Below are positions 39,849 to 50,325 of a stretch of 64,000 nt of DNA, piece by piece. The stretch lies in assembly GCA_039940915.1 (NCBI GenBank), contig JBDVFO010000002.1; one strand, given 5' to 3'. Positions within the stretch are counted from its first letter, which is position 1, and each line of letters begins with the position of its first letter. A program made the position numbers and the translations under genes. This DNA comes from Ekhidna sp. (GTDB lineage: Bacteria; Bacteroidota; Bacteroidia; Cytophagales; Cyclobacteriaceae). The notes beneath the pieces are model-generated. The model did no database searches, had not been told where the DNA came from, and worked only from the letters and a program-made list of their open reading frames with translations.

Positions 39849-40754
39849 ATGAGCAAACAGACAAGAAACATCATAACAGTCGTGATTGGATTGGTAATAA
39901 CTGTAGCATTGGCTGCTGTTTTTTCAAGCATGCAAGTAGAAAAAAAAGAACTGAAGGTTCAATCCGTCAAGCTCGAAGCGGAGCTGCTGCAACGGGATTC
40001 TGCCTACAATGAAATAATCAATATCCTGTATGGGGTAGAAAGTAAAATTGAAAAAATCAAGCGTCGTGAAAATTTGCTTTCGGATTTAAATGGTGCCAAT
40101 GACTTATCCAAAACCGACAAGCAGCAAATAGTCGATGATATGGGTATGATAGATAGTCTAATTATTCAAACGAATGAAACTGTCTCCAGATTGGTTGCCA
40201 AGCTTGACAATGCCAACATCAATCTAAACTCATTCAAAAAAAGGGTAAATCAACTCTCCAATGAATTGAAAGAGCGAAAGAAATCCATCGCTACCCTACG
40301 TGAAGAACTTAAGGAAAAAGACGTCACCATCAACGAGATGACAGCTGATATAAAATCCTTGGAATATCGGGTAGACAAACAAGAAGAAACGCTCGAAACT
40401 CAAATGGTCAAAATCAACATGCAGCAAGTTGAACTCAATAAAGCATTCTTTGCTATTGGTTCAGAAAAGTCACTTTTGCAAGATGGACTTGTCTCTAAAG
40501 AAGGTGGGTTCCTCTGGTTTGGTAAAACCAACGAGCTGGATCCCAATGCATCTAAAGACAAATTCAGCGAGATAGATATCCGGACCACAAACAGAGTCAT
40601 AGTAGATGCAGAAAGCGTAGACCTGATCACAGAGCATCCTTCAGAGTCTTACGAGATTGTAAAAGAAGGAAGTGTAATCAGGTACATAGATATAAAGGAC
40701 CCAGATAAATTTTGGGAAATATCGAAATATCTGGTTGTAGCTGTAAAAAGCTAG
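39849..40754 (+). CDS. Membrane-anchored coiled-coil protein, Cbp1-like family
   Basis: N-terminal TM, about 190-aa heptad coiled-coil, and a C-terminal domain with KEGGFLWFGK...IDIR...EHP.ESY...FWEISKYLVV recalled from the Bacteroidota Cbp1-like family. Confidence 0.6.
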   Translation: MSKQTRNIITVVIGLVITVALAAVFSSMQVEKKELKVQSVKLEAELLQRDSAYNEIINILYGVESKIEKIKRRENLLSDLNGANDLSKTDKQQIVDDMGMIDSLIIQTNETVSRLVAKLDNANINLNSFKKRVNQLSNELKERKKSIATLREELKEKDVTINEMTADIKSLEYRVDKQEETLETQMVKINMQQVELNKAFFAIGSEKSLLQDGLVSKEGGFLWFGKTNELDPNASKDKFSEIDIRTTNRVIVDAESVDLITEHPSESYEIVKEGSVIRYIDIKDPDKFWEISKYLVVAVKS

Positions 40755-40780
40755 GATCAGTTATGGGTTGTGGTGACTCA

Positions 40781-40806
40781 AGGGTTCGCATCCTGCGAGC
40801 CCTTTT
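40781..40806 (+). terminator. Intrinsic terminator hairpin
   Basis: AGGGTTCGCA/TGCGAGCCCT stem followed by a short T run. Confidence 0.55.
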
Positions 40807-40834
40807 ATAAAAAATCATTCCAGCACCCTCACCA

Positions 40835-40872
40835 AAAGTCCCGTCCAGCATATTGGATGGGCTTTGTTTTTT
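40835..40872 (+). terminator. Second terminator-like hairpin
   Basis: CCCGTCCA/TGGATGGG stem followed by TTTGTTTTTT. Confidence 0.5.
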
Positions 40873-40924
40873 AGTTTGTTATACCATTAGGAAACTAATA
40901 TAAATTTCTCTCGTATCATAAACC

Positions 40925-41257
40925 ATGAAGCACACACAGCTGGGTGAATTTGAAGAGCTTGTACTGCTGGTCGTAGGGTCTCTTCATGACAATGCCTACA
41001 GTATTTCCATTAAAGCAGAGCTCAAAGAAAAAACTAAACGTAACCCGAGCATAGGAGCACTACATTCTGCGTTAGGTAGGCTCGAAAAGAAAGGGTTTAT
41101 TGTTTCGCATGAAGGAGGCGCTACTTCTGAAAGAGGTGGCAGGAGAAAACGATTTTATCAAATAACTGCTTTCGGTCGAAAGGCGCTGGATCAATCTTAT
41201 GAATTGAGATCTTCATTGTATCACACCATACCAAAAATAGGTTATGCAGGGGAGTGA
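40925..41257 (+). CDS. PadR-family transcriptional regulator
   Basis: LGEFEELVLL...GALHSALGRLEKKG...GGRRKRFY..T..G motif. Confidence 0.92.
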   Translation: MKHTQLGEFEELVLLVVGSLHDNAYSISIKAELKEKTKRNPSIGALHSALGRLEKKGFIVSHEGGATSERGGRRKRFYQITAFGRKALDQSYELRSSLYHTIPKIGYAGE

Positions 41258-43895
41258 TGATCAAAAACGAAGAACCCCTCCAAAATGGCCTGATAAATTT
41301 TTAGGCTGGTTTTGTCATGAAGATCACCTGGAAATACTTCGTGGTGATGTCTACGAGCTTTATGATGAGCGCATAGAGACCATGAAGAAGTGGAAAGCTG
41401 ACTTATACTTCATCTTCGATATACTCGCGCTATGTCGTCCTTTCGCTTTCAAAAAGAAAAGTCAAAACTCAACTCAAATAGCCATGTTCAAAAACTACTT
41501 CAAAATCACTTATAGGAATTTCATTAAACAGAAAATTTATTCGGCACTTAACATAAGTGGGCTCGCGATCGGACTGGCATGTAGCATACTTATTTTTATT
41601 TATATCAGTGATGAGCTCAGCTATGATAAATTCCATTCAAAGTCAGACCGCATATACCGGGTTTTGGAGAAATTCGAGAGCGAAGGCGTGGGAGAGCATT
41701 CCGCAAGCTTACCCTTCCCTACTGGTCCTGCATTGAAAAATGATTTTGAAAGGCAAGTAGCACACTCCGTACGTTTTTTCAACTTTCAATCTCCTTCACT
41801 TGCGCTTGCAAACAAGGCAGCAGAGAAGGGATTCAATGAGTCGAACATCTTCTTTGCAGACTCTACTTTCTTTGATGTTTTTGATTTTGACCTGCTGACT
41901 GGAAATAAAGAAACGGCACTAGACGAACCCAACTCTATACTAATCACAAAATCCATGGTGAAGAAGTATTTTGTTGATGAAGATCCCATTGGAAAAACCC
42001 TCGAGCTTCAAGGAAGTCAAAACCTTATGGTAACTGGGGTATTAGAGGATGCTCCAAAGAACGCTCATTTCACATTTGACTTCATCGTCTCCTTCTCTAC
42101 TTTAAAAAATAATTTTGGTGGTCGATACCCCACTACTTGGTATTGGAATCCTTGCTGGACATACATTGTATTGGAAGAAAATATTACGGCGGAGGATTTT
42201 TCTTCTCAATTCCCAGACTTTGTGCAGAAGTACTTCCCAGATTTCATCAAAGATGATATTGTACTCCAGCTTCAACCGATAGAAGATATTCATCTTACCA
42301 GCAAATTGGATTATGAAATTGCAGCCAATAGTGATATGAAGAATGTTTACATATTTGGAATGGTCGCAGTTTTTGTACTCATCATCGCGGCTATCAACTT
42401 TATAAATCTCAGCACAGCCAGAGCCAACAAACGCGCAAAGGAGGTTGGTGTCCGCAAATCGCTTGGCAGTGGTAGGTCTCAGCTCATCAATCAGTTTATT
42501 TTCGAATCTATTCTGCTGACATTCACTTCATTGATTATTGGCGTTGCAATCGTTCTCCTAATACTCCCTGCTTTCAATGAGCTTACTGAAAAATCAGTTC
42601 CTTTTGCAATCTTATTGGAGCCCATATTCTTATTTGGACTCCTTGGAGCCGGATTAATCATCGGGCTACTTTCAGGATTTTATCCTGCTTTTGTCCTGTC
42701 CTCATTTAAGACTGTATCGGTCCTGAAAAGTGGTCATCTAAAAACGAATGGCATGAACTTTCGAAGGGTACTGGTCATTGCTCAATTTTCTATCTCCATT
42801 ATGCTCATCATCGGCACGTTCATCGTATTAAAGCAGCTCAACTTTCTTCAAAACAAAGACGCTGGGTTTGACAATGAAAATGTTGTTATGGTACCTGTGA
42901 TTCGGTCACCCATGGGTCAACACTATGAAAACTTTAAGACGACAGCCATGCAGAGTACTCACATCATTTCCATGACCGCAGTGGAAGAAATCGTAGGATC
43001 AAAATTTCAAGTTGGGAATTATCAATTTGAAGGTATGGATCAATCCAAGCCGTATCCACGCTTCAATGTGAGGCACGATTTTATTTCTACTATGAACATC
43101 CCATTGGCAGCAGGACGTGCATATGATCAGTCCGTCCAAACGGATGATTCCCTTGCATTGATTGTAAATGAAACGTTCGTGAAAAGCATGGGTTGGAATA
43201 ATCCAGAAGAAGCAGTGGGGAAACGATTCATTTATCGCAGAGAACTCAAAGGAAGAATTGTGGGTGTAGTAGAGGATTACAATTTTGCCTCGAAGCACTA
43301 CCCGATTGCGCCACTGGTAATCACCCTAAATACACATCCGGGAGCTTTCAATCTCTTCATTAAATACGTTGCAGTGAAAATTGAAGGCAATCAAACACAG
43401 GCTGCAATAGCAGACCTAGAAGAAGCATGGAGGTCCGTACTACCTGAACGTCCATTTGATTTCTTTTTTCTAGATGATCGGATCAATGACTCATACAAGT
43501 CTGAGCAGAAACTGAGTGACATTACACTTATCTTCTCAGGGCTTGCCATTCTAGTGGCTTGCCTCGGGCTTTTCGGATTGGCCACTTTTAGTGTAGAGCA
43601 GCGTACAAAAGAAATTGGGGTAAGAAAAGTGCTGGGCATTAGTACATCACAAATCATGTTGCTGCTCTCAAAAGAATTTATGCTTTTGATCGGGTTGGCA
43701 TTTGTGGTTGCAATTCCACTTGCGTACTATTTATTAACTCAATGGTTAGACGGTTTTGCTTTTAGAATAGACATAGAAGTATGGCCATTCATTATCGCCG
43801 GATTCCTGACTTTCTTCATTTCTTCAGTAACGGTAGCACTTCATGCTTTCAAAGCATCTTATATCAACCCTGTGGAAACGCTTAAGTGTGAATAA
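41244..43895 (+). CDS. Duplicated MacB/FtsX-type ABC permease with N-terminal prefix domain (orphan permease)
   Basis: PPKWPDKFLGWFC...LEILRGD prefix, then MFKNYFK, two periplasmic MacB domains and two FtsX domains (RAKEVGVRKSLG, RTKEIGVRKVLG). Confidence 0.9.
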   Translation: MQGSDDQKRRTPPKWPDKFLGWFCHEDHLEILRGDVYELYDERIETMKKWKADLYFIFDILALCRPFAFKKKSQNSTQIAMFKNYFKITYRNFIKQKIYSALNISGLAIGLACSILIFIYISDELSYDKFHSKSDRIYRVLEKFESEGVGEHSASLPFPTGPALKNDFERQVAHSVRFFNFQSPSLALANKAAEKGFNESNIFFADSTFFDVFDFDLLTGNKETALDEPNSILITKSMVKKYFVDEDPIGKTLELQGSQNLMVTGVLEDAPKNAHFTFDFIVSFSTLKNNFGGRYPTTWYWNPCWTYIVLEENITAEDFSSQFPDFVQKYFPDFIKDDIVLQLQPIEDIHLTSKLDYEIAANSDMKNVYIFGMVAVFVLIIAAINFINLSTARANKRAKEVGVRKSLGSGRSQLINQFIFESILLTFTSLIIGVAIVLLILPAFNELTEKSVPFAILLEPIFLFGLLGAGLIIGLLSGFYPAFVLSSFKTVSVLKSGHLKTNGMNFRRVLVIAQFSISIMLIIGTFIVLKQLNFLQNKDAGFDNENVVMVPVIRSPMGQHYENFKTTAMQSTHIISMTAVEEIVGSKFQVGNYQFEGMDQSKPYPRFNVRHDFISTMNIPLAAGRAYDQSVQTDDSLALIVNETFVKSMGWNNPEEAVGKRFIYRRELKGRIVGVVEDYNFASKHYPIAPLVITLNTHPGAFNLFIKYVAVKIEGNQTQAAIADLEEAWRSVLPERPFDFFFLDDRINDSYKSEQKLSDITLIFSGLAILVACLGLFGLATFSVEQRTKEIGVRKVLGISTSQIMLLLSKEFMLLIGLAFVVAIPLAYYLLTQWLDGFAFRIDIEVWPFIIAGFLTFFISSVTVALHAFKASYINPVETLKCE

Positions 43896-43919
43896 TCTAA
43901 AACATTAATTTGAACAATC

Positions 43920-44336
43920 ATGAAAATCAACATTCTACTATTTGCTTTGACGCTAATATGTATTCAAGAAATTGCCGCTCAATCAGAGGTTGAGCTAATC
44001 AGGAGTACGCTCAATGACTACATTGAAGGATCTACTCAAGGTCAACCTAACCGATTAAAGAAAGCGTTTCACCCAGACCTCAACCTATATTATGTGAGAA
44101 ATGACCAAGTGAGAATATGGAGCGGGAAAGAGTACATTCTTGATACAGAAGAGGGTAAACCTACAGGTGAAAAAGGGAAAATTCTTTCAATAGATTATGA
44201 AAATAATGCTGGGATGGCAAAGGTTGAAATCTTCAACCCAAAGAACAACGATACCTATATTGACTATTTCATGCTGCTAAAAACTAATGGTAAGTGGACC
44301 ATCATACACAAGATGTTCACAAAGAAAAAGGAGTGA
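43920..44336 (+). CDS. Exported NTF2-like (lumazine-binding-2/SnoaL-like) protein
   Basis: Signal peptide ending IAA-Q; LNDYIEG...LKKAFHPD and YIDYFMLLK..GKW.IIHK motifs. Confidence 0.8.
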   Translation: MKINILLFALTLICIQEIAAQSEVELIRSTLNDYIEGSTQGQPNRLKKAFHPDLNLYYVRNDQVRIWSGKEYILDTEEGKPTGEKGKILSIDYENNAGMAKVEIFNPKNNDTYIDYFMLLKTNGKWTIIHKMFTKKKE

Positions 44337-44340
44337 TCTA

Positions 44341-45159
44341 TTAATAATCCGTCTTTATTGATTTATTGAAAGGGAGGCCTAGCTGATACTTTATGTCTTC
44401 ATCTCTGTCCCCATCTGTTACATCAAGCCCATACTGAATTTTGGAGGTATCATCATAGGTAAAAGTGCCAAAGATTCGATCCCAAATAGATAGAACGTTT
44501 CCAAAATTAGTATCCGTCCAAGGTCGTTCGAAGTGATGGTGAAACTTGTGTGTATTTGGTGTAATGATGATATAGCTCAAAGCTTTGTCTAGCCCTTGGG
44601 GCAAACGGATATTGGCATGTGTCCAATAGGTAAAGAAAATGGTGACAGTCCTATAGAACAGATAATAGGCGACAGGCATTCCAAACAGGGCAAAGGTTAT
44701 CAGAGCTAGTGCTTCTCTCAAAATAAATTCGATCGGATGCTGGCGGACACCTGTTGTAAGGTCTACTTTGGTGTCACTGTGATGTACCATATGTAATTTC
44801 CACATCCATTTCACTCGATGCAGAAGGAAATGAGCAAAATATTGAGAAACCAAATCAAGTGCCACAAAGGAAACAACCAGACCTAACCATATCGGCATCT
44901 CGAACCAATTAAGAATACCAAAATCCAATTGAGTCGTCCACTTAGTGACACCAACCAATGCTACCCCATAGGCCACATTTATAACCATAAGGAAAGCAAA
45001 AAAGAATAAGTTAACACCATCATGTCTCCAACGCTTATAGTCGTGCTTGACCAGTGGGATTAAATTTTCCAGAATAAAAAAGAATGCAAGGCATATCCCA
45101 ACCCAAATGATTTTTTGAACGGTAGTCAATGCTGCAAAATAATTTAGAAACTCTTCCAT
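44341..45159 (-). CDS. Sterol desaturase / fatty-acid hydroxylase family protein
   Basis: His boxes HFLLH, HMVHH and HKFHHH; TNFGNVLSIWDRIFGT. Confidence 0.9.
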   Translation of the reverse strand: MEEFLNYFAALTTVQKIIWVGICLAFFFILENLIPLVKHDYKRWRHDGVNLFFFAFLMVINVAYGVALVGVTKWTTQLDFGILNWFEMPIWLGLVVSFVALDLVSQYFAHFLLHRVKWMWKLHMVHHSDTKVDLTTGVRQHPIEFILREALALITFALFGMPVAYYLFYRTVTIFFTYWTHANIRLPQGLDKALSYIIITPNTHKFHHHFERPWTDTNFGNVLSIWDRIFGTFTYDDTSKIQYGLDVTDGDRDEDIKYQLGLPFNKSIKTDY

Positions 45160-45210
45160 TGCTTACTGCTTAGTTTAACAACTAATATACTACAGCAGCC
45201 ATGAATTGTT

Positions 45211-46665
45211 CTAAAACTCGCAGCTGCCAGGTGTTCTTGGGAATGGAATCACATCCCTAATATTTCCCATTCCTGTCACAAATTGAATCATTCGCTCAAA
45301 GCCCAGACCATATCCACTGTGCGGAACCGTTCCGAACCTTCTGGTATCCAAATACCAAGACAGCTCGTCTTTTGGGATGTTCATTTCATCCATCCTTGCC
45401 TCAAGATTCACCTTTCGTTCTTCTCGTTGAGATCCTCCAGCTATTTCACCAATACCAGGGAAAAGCACATCCATGGCTGCCACCGTCTTGTCATCATCAT
45501 TTTGACGCATATAAAACGCCTTTATTCCTTTGGGATAGTTATAAAGTATTACTGGTTTTTTAAAGTGCTTCTCAACCAGAAATCGCTCATGCTCCGATTG
45601 CAGGTCAGCTCCCCACTCCTCTATCAGGTATTGAAATTTCTTTTTCTGATTTGGTTTCGATCGTTTTAGAATTTCGATTGCTTCGGTATAAGAAATACGT
45701 TCGAAATCATTTTCTGCGACAAATTTTAATCTCTCTAGCAAAGACAATTCGCTTCGCAAGTTTTGAGGCTTTGTTTTCTCCTCATCTTCCGCACGTTTGT
45801 TGAGAAAGGCCAGGTCGTCCTTACAATGCTCAAGCGCATGTTTCACCACGTATTTCAACATTTCTTCGGCCAGATCCATGGTGTCATATAAATCGTAAAA
45901 TGCCATTTCAGGCTCTACCATCCAGAATTCCGCCAAATGTCTCGTAGTGTTGCTATTCTCAGCTCTAAAAGTTGGCCCAAACGTATAGATTTCCGAAACA
46001 GCCAACGCGGCTAATTCGCCTTCCAATTGACCTGATACGGTAAGGTTAGTCTCTTTTTCAAAAAAATCTTGTTTATAGTCGACCTCACCATCCTCGTTTT
46101 TGGGTACATTATTCAGATCCATTGTGGTCACTCTAAAGGTCTCTCCTGCGCCTTCAGCATCAGAAGCTGTCAATATAGGCGTATGCAGATTCAAGAAGCC
46201 TTTTTCATTAAAAAAAGAATGAAGCGCAAATGCCATCTCATGTCTTACGCGAAAAACGGCACCAAATGTATTAGTCCTTGGCCTTAGGTGAGCGATCTCC
46301 CTAAGAAACTCCAGTGAATGCCTTTTGGGCTGTAAAGGATACTCCTCAGGATGTGCCTCTCCTAAAACTTCAATTTTTTCTACCAAGAGCTCAACTGACT
46401 GTCCAGCTCCTTGAGATTCCGCCAATTTTCCAAAAACTGAAATACTTGCGCCCGTAGTAATTTTTCTTAAGATTTCTTCATCCACTTTCGGCACGTCTAG
46501 CACCAATTGTAAATTGTGGATGGTAGAACCGTCATTCAACGCTACAAACGCAACATTTTTGCTTTCGCGCTTCGTTCGCACCCAACCTTTTACATTTAAT
46601 TCTGCTCCGGATTTCCCTTCGTTAAGAATTTGCCTGATTTTTGTTCTTCTAATTTTGTCCACCAT
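45211..46665 (-). CDS. asnS: Asparagine--tRNA ligase
   Basis: [24 protein letters not shown] and [11 protein letters not shown] motifs. The start at 46665 is supported by a -7 box TACTTTTG at 46684-46691. Confidence 0.97.
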   Translation of the reverse strand: MVDKIRRTKIRQILNEGKSGAELNVKGWVRTKRESKNVAFVALNDGSTIHNLQLVLDVPKVDEEILRKITTGASISVFGKLAESQGAGQSVELLVEKIEVLGEAHPEEYPLQPKRHSLEFLREIAHLRPRTNTFGAVFRVRHEMAFALHSFFNEKGFLNLHTPILTASDAEGAGETFRVTTMDLNNVPKNEDGEVDYKQDFFEKETNLTVSGQLEGELAALAVSEIYTFGPTFRAENSNTTRHLAEFWMVEPEMAFYDLYDTMDLAEEMLKYVVKHALEHCKDDLAFLNKRAEDEEKTKPQNLRSELSLLERLKFVAENDFERISYTEAIEILKRSKPNQKKKFQYLIEEWGADLQSEHERFLVEKHFKKPVILYNYPKGIKAFYMRQNDDDKTVAAMDVLFPGIGEIAGGSQREERKVNLEARMDEMNIPKDELSWYLDTRRFGTVPHSGYGLGFERMIQFVTGMGNIRDVIPFPRTPGSCEF

Positions 46666-46728
46666 CGTTAAATATTTGCGCGGCAAAAGTAACGAATGTG
46701 ATATTTTTGACATATTAGGACTAGAATA

Positions 46729-48165
46729 ATGCAAAAACTCTCACTTACTCAATCACTTCAGCAGAAACTGTCTCCACAGCAGATACAGTTTATTAAGCTC
46801 CTGCAAGTACCCACAGCTGAATTAGAAGCTCGTGTGGAAGAAGAGCTGGAGGTCAACCCTGCGCTTGAAGAAGGTAAGGAAGAAAAGGAGGCGGAAGAGC
46901 AGGCGGAAGATTTCGATGATGATTATGAAAGTCCAGCTGAAAGTATCGAAGATTATTTACAGGATGATTACGCCGGATACAAGATGCAAGGTGACGGACG
47001 AAATCCCGATGAAGAGGACAAAGAGTCTCCAATATCAGTTGGCAAGAGCTTGCATGAGCATTTGATCTCTCAACTGGGCTATTTAAAGCTAGATGACCGG
47101 CAAGAAGTGTTGGGACGACAATTGATCGGGAGTATAGATTCAGATGGATATATCCGACGTGAATTGGAAGCCATTGTAAATGACCTGGCTTTTTCACAGG
47201 GGGTTGAGACGGACGAGGAGGAACTGGAGGATTTACTTTACAAAATTCAAAATTTTGATCCTGCCGGAGTTGGTGCTCGAAATTTGCAAGAATGCTTGTC
47301 TCTACAATTGGAACGTAAAGACGAGGATAGTGAAACTGTACAGGTAGCCAAACGAGTCATCGATTATTGTTTCAATGAATTTTCTAAAAAACATTACGAT
47401 AAAATAGCTCGAAAGCTCAGTATTGAAAATGAAGACTTGCTTAGAGAAGCAATCTATTTCATTACAAAGCTTAACCCAAAACCTGGAGGCACTGGCGATG
47501 ATGTCGCAAAGACACAGTATGTTATCCCAGATTTCATCTTAGTCAACAACGACGACAAGCTTGAACTTTCATTGAATTCGCGAAATGCCCCACAGCTAAA
47601 AGTGAGTAGATCTTATTCTGAGATGCTGCAGGCTTACGATAAGAGTGATAAAAAAGATAAGAAGCTCAAAGAGACTGTTTCTTTTATAAAACAAAAACTT
47701 GACTCGGCTAAATGGTTTATTGATGCGATTCGGCAAAGGCAACAGACCTTGCTGAATACCATGCAGGCCATTATTGATTTTCAGTACGAGTACTTTTTGG
47801 AAGGTGATGAAAGCAAATTGAAGCCAATGATTCTGAAAGATATTGCAGAACGTATCAATATGGATATTTCTACAGTATCCAGAGTAGCTAGCAGCAAAGC
47901 CGTTCAAACTGAGTTTGGCGTTTTCCCGCTCAAATATTTCTTCTCTGAAGGTATCTCTACTGAATCTGGAGAAGATGTGAGCAGCCGAGAAGTAAAGAAT
48001 AAGCTTAAGTCATTTATTGATGACGAAAATAAGTCTAAGCCACTTTCAGATGAGAAACTAGAGAAGGCATTGAAAGAGTGTGGTTACAACATCGCACGAA
48101 GAACAGTGGCAAAGTATAGGGAGCAACTAAACATACCTGTGGCACGCCTCAGAAAAGAGCTTTGA
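46729..48165 (+). CDS. rpoN: RNA polymerase sigma-54 factor
   Basis: Gln-rich region I, STVSRV HTH and RpoN box [10 protein letters not shown]. Confidence 0.97.
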   Translation: MQKLSLTQSLQQKLSPQQIQFIKLLQVPTAELEARVEEELEVNPALEEGKEEKEAEEQAEDFDDDYESPAESIEDYLQDDYAGYKMQGDGRNPDEEDKESPISVGKSLHEHLISQLGYLKLDDRQEVLGRQLIGSIDSDGYIRRELEAIVNDLAFSQGVETDEEELEDLLYKIQNFDPAGVGARNLQECLSLQLERKDEDSETVQVAKRVIDYCFNEFSKKHYDKIARKLSIENEDLLREAIYFITKLNPKPGGTGDDVAKTQYVIPDFILVNNDDKLELSLNSRNAPQLKVSRSYSEMLQAYDKSDKKDKKLKETVSFIKQKLDSAKWFIDAIRQRQQTLLNTMQAIIDFQYEYFLEGDESKLKPMILKDIAERINMDISTVSRVASSKAVQTEFGVFPLKYFFSEGISTESGEDVSSREVKNKLKSFIDDENKSKPLSDEKLEKALKECGYNIARRTVAKYREQLNIPVARLRKEL

Positions 48166-48776
48166 AAGTATTAATGAAAGTCATCTCGGTGGTATTCCAC
48201 CCGCTTCTGATAGCAACTTACCTCAGCTACATTCTTTTTACTCAATCTCCGGAGCTGTTTCCGAGAGTGATTCCTCAAGCCATACCTCAGTTCATTCTTG
48301 TCATTTTCATCACCACGTGCCTAATGCCAGCATTGAGTATATTCCTTCTTCGAAGTTTTTCATTCATATCTAATTTGGAACTCACCAAAAGGAGCGAGCG
48401 AATCAGACCGTTCATCTTTATCGCATGCTACTATGCAGCCTCTTCCTATCTATTTGCTGATAAATTAGAAATGGGTCCAATTTTTATGCTTGTAATGATT
48501 GGTGTTACGATCTTAATTGTACTACTACTAATTATCACCGCTTGGTTTAAGATCAGCATACACACAGCTGCCATATGGAGTGCGGTGGGCTTTGTTACTG
48601 CTCTCTCTGTAACTATAGGCCTGAATATCGGTTGGTATTTTTATGCGCTTATGCTTGCCGCGGGTCTGGCCAGCACCAGTAGATTATACCTGGGGTACCA
48701 TCGACCGAAAGAAGTTTGGTCAGGAGCTATACTTGGCTTTGCGTACAGCTTCCTAACCATTGTGTTGTTTCTTTAA
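48162..48776 (+). CDS. Multi-TM membrane protein with PAP2-like C-terminal motif
   Basis: About 6 TMs; C-terminal SRLYLGYH...EV..G resembles the PAP2 C3 motif. Confidence 0.6.
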   Translation: MKVLMKVISVVFHPLLIATYLSYILFTQSPELFPRVIPQAIPQFILVIFITTCLMPALSIFLLRSFSFISNLELTKRSERIRPFIFIACYYAASSYLFADKLEMGPIFMLVMIGVTILIVLLLIITAWFKISIHTAAIWSAVGFVTALSVTIGLNIGWYFYALMLAAGLASTSRLYLGYHRPKEVWSGAILGFAYSFLTIVLFL

Positions 48777-49489
48777 AACCCTGTCACGTTGATCCCAACA
48801 GTCGTCATGACGGGATTCTTTCCATCTTGGAATTTGTCTTGAAATACGTTGGAGAGATAGCGCTTATAAAAAAGGTGAACTCCTCTAAAGCCCATTCTCA
48901 CTTGATATCCGTATCTAAATGAATTCAGATTGAATTTTCCAGACACTTTATCACGTACTGTTTCTCCATTGTTATCATATTTCCATTTGGTATGGGCATT
49001 CAGCCTAAGACCTACAATTCCGCCCACACCTAAGAAAAGTCCTTCGCCATCTTGTGTGCCCAGCGGATGAAATCTAAATTCAAATGGAATATCCAGGTAT
49101 GTGGTAGCTAGTCTATTTTTCTGGAAATTTTGTGGATTCGGGATTATTCCAACGGCAGCCAATGAATCAGTGGATCCACTGGTGAAAGTATAATTACTGG
49201 CTAAAGTGGAGGAGTCACCCAAACTCATTTTTTCTAACCCTAAACCAATGCCATAATTAAATGAAAGTTTGCCGGAAAGTGCTTTTCGTTTCATATAGTA
49301 AATGGCCACTGATTTTGAAGACCAGGTTTTTCTTTCCAAACCACCTGGCATAGATGACCAGACATTAAACCCTATGTCTGCCATTACTTCCCCTGGAATA
49401 TCCGGACGCTTCAATCCGTCTTGTGCGCTTGCTCCAATTATTAATAGGGTGAAAAGTACTCCGTATAGGTATCTCATATTTTTTATCAT
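48773..49489 (-). CDS. Outer-membrane beta-barrel (porin-family) protein
   Basis: Signal peptide ending ASA-Q, YLDIPFEFRF motif and terminal F. Start is 49489 or 49477. Confidence 0.75.
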   Translation of the reverse strand: MIKNMRYLYGVLFTLLIIGASAQDGLKRPDIPGEVMADIGFNVWSSMPGGLERKTWSSKSVAIYYMKRKALSGKLSFNYGIGLGLEKMSLGDSSTLASNYTFTSGSTDSLAAVGIIPNPQNFQKNRLATTYLDIPFEFRFHPLGTQDGEGLFLGVGGIVGLRLNAHTKWKYDNNGETVRDKVSGKFNLNSFRYGYQVRMGFRGVHLFYKRYLSNVFQDKFQDGKNPVMTTVGINVTGF

Positions 49490-49638
49490 GTTCTTGCAAA
49501 GAAGCGGCATTTTACCTTTTTATGTTCTTAATGAATGTTAAATGATAAGCGCCTTTAAAAGAAAAATTTCGGCAAAGATAGAATCATGAAGCACTAACGA
49601 AAATTTTAAAGCATAATTGTTACTTTTGCGCTCCTGAA

Positions 49639-49712
49639 GGACTCGTAGCACAACTGGATAATGCACCTGGTTACGGCCCAGGAGATTGGGGGTTCGAATC
49701 CCTCCGAGTTCA
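49639..49712 (+). tRNA. tRNA-Arg (anticodon ACG)
   Basis: Acceptor stem GGACTCG/CGAGTTC, anticodon arm CCTGG-TT-ACG-GC-CCAGG, T-loop TTCGAAT. A -7 box TACTTTTG lies at 49621-49628. Confidence 0.95.
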
Positions 49713-49715
49713 CAT

Positions 49716-49745
49716 AAGCCCTTCCTAATGGAAGGGTTTTTTTAT
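49716..49745 (+). terminator. tRNA terminator
   Basis: GCCCTTCC/GGAAGGGT stem followed by a T run. Confidence 0.75.
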
Positions 49746-49856
49746 ATCCCTGCAGGAATGTTTACCCAATGGGCATATAAGTACACTAAACGAAATTTCT
49801 AAATCCTTTCAAAGATTTGATAACAGTCACTTAGGTAAGACAATGGGAATGTTTTG

Positions 49857-50204
49857 CTATGCTTCTATCCTGAGGTAAGTGTCAGCACTATCCCACTGAT
49901 CTTCGGAAAGTTTATATCTCGAAGCACAAATTCCCATAAACGTGTTTGAATCTATGCGCTTCAATTTGACTATCAATTTTTCATCCTCGTGGGAATAGAA
50001 ATCAGTTGACTTGGTAAGCGTATCAATTCCATACATTTTGTCCAATGAGATGACCTCTTGTTCATAATCTGGATGATCCGAAGATTTATAAACAAATGAG
50101 CGGTCGGTTGTATCCATTACGAAAACAAAACCACCTGGCACTAACTTCTTAAGTGCATCGATAATCTGATGAGTATTAGAAATAATCATTTTCGTTTCAA
50201 TCAA
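49857..50204 (-). CDS. Hypothetical cytoplasmic protein (115 aa)
   Basis: Clean ORF downstream of the LuxR regulator; no recognisable motif. Confidence 0.6.
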   Translation of the reverse strand: MIETKMIISNTHQIIDALKKLVPGGFVFVMDTTDRSFVYKSSDHPDYEQEVISLDKMYGIDTLTKSTDFYSHEDEKLIVKLKRIDSNTFMGICASRYKLSEDQWDSADTYLRIEA

Positions 50205-50325
50205 TCTGTCCTACATGCGGTGGTTTATAAGCAGAGTGATACAATATCTACCAAATGTACTATTTGAGTAGGTTTGTTTTATTTAAGGAAAGTACGGCTC
50301 TTTCGTTAGGTATTATAACTAACGT

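Noticed and set aside
35601-44336. Genomic island integrated at tRNA-Arg(CCT), or at tRNA-Arg(ACG) at 49639
   Set aside because: No integrase, no duplicated tRNA 3' end (att site) seen, and no clear compositional shift.
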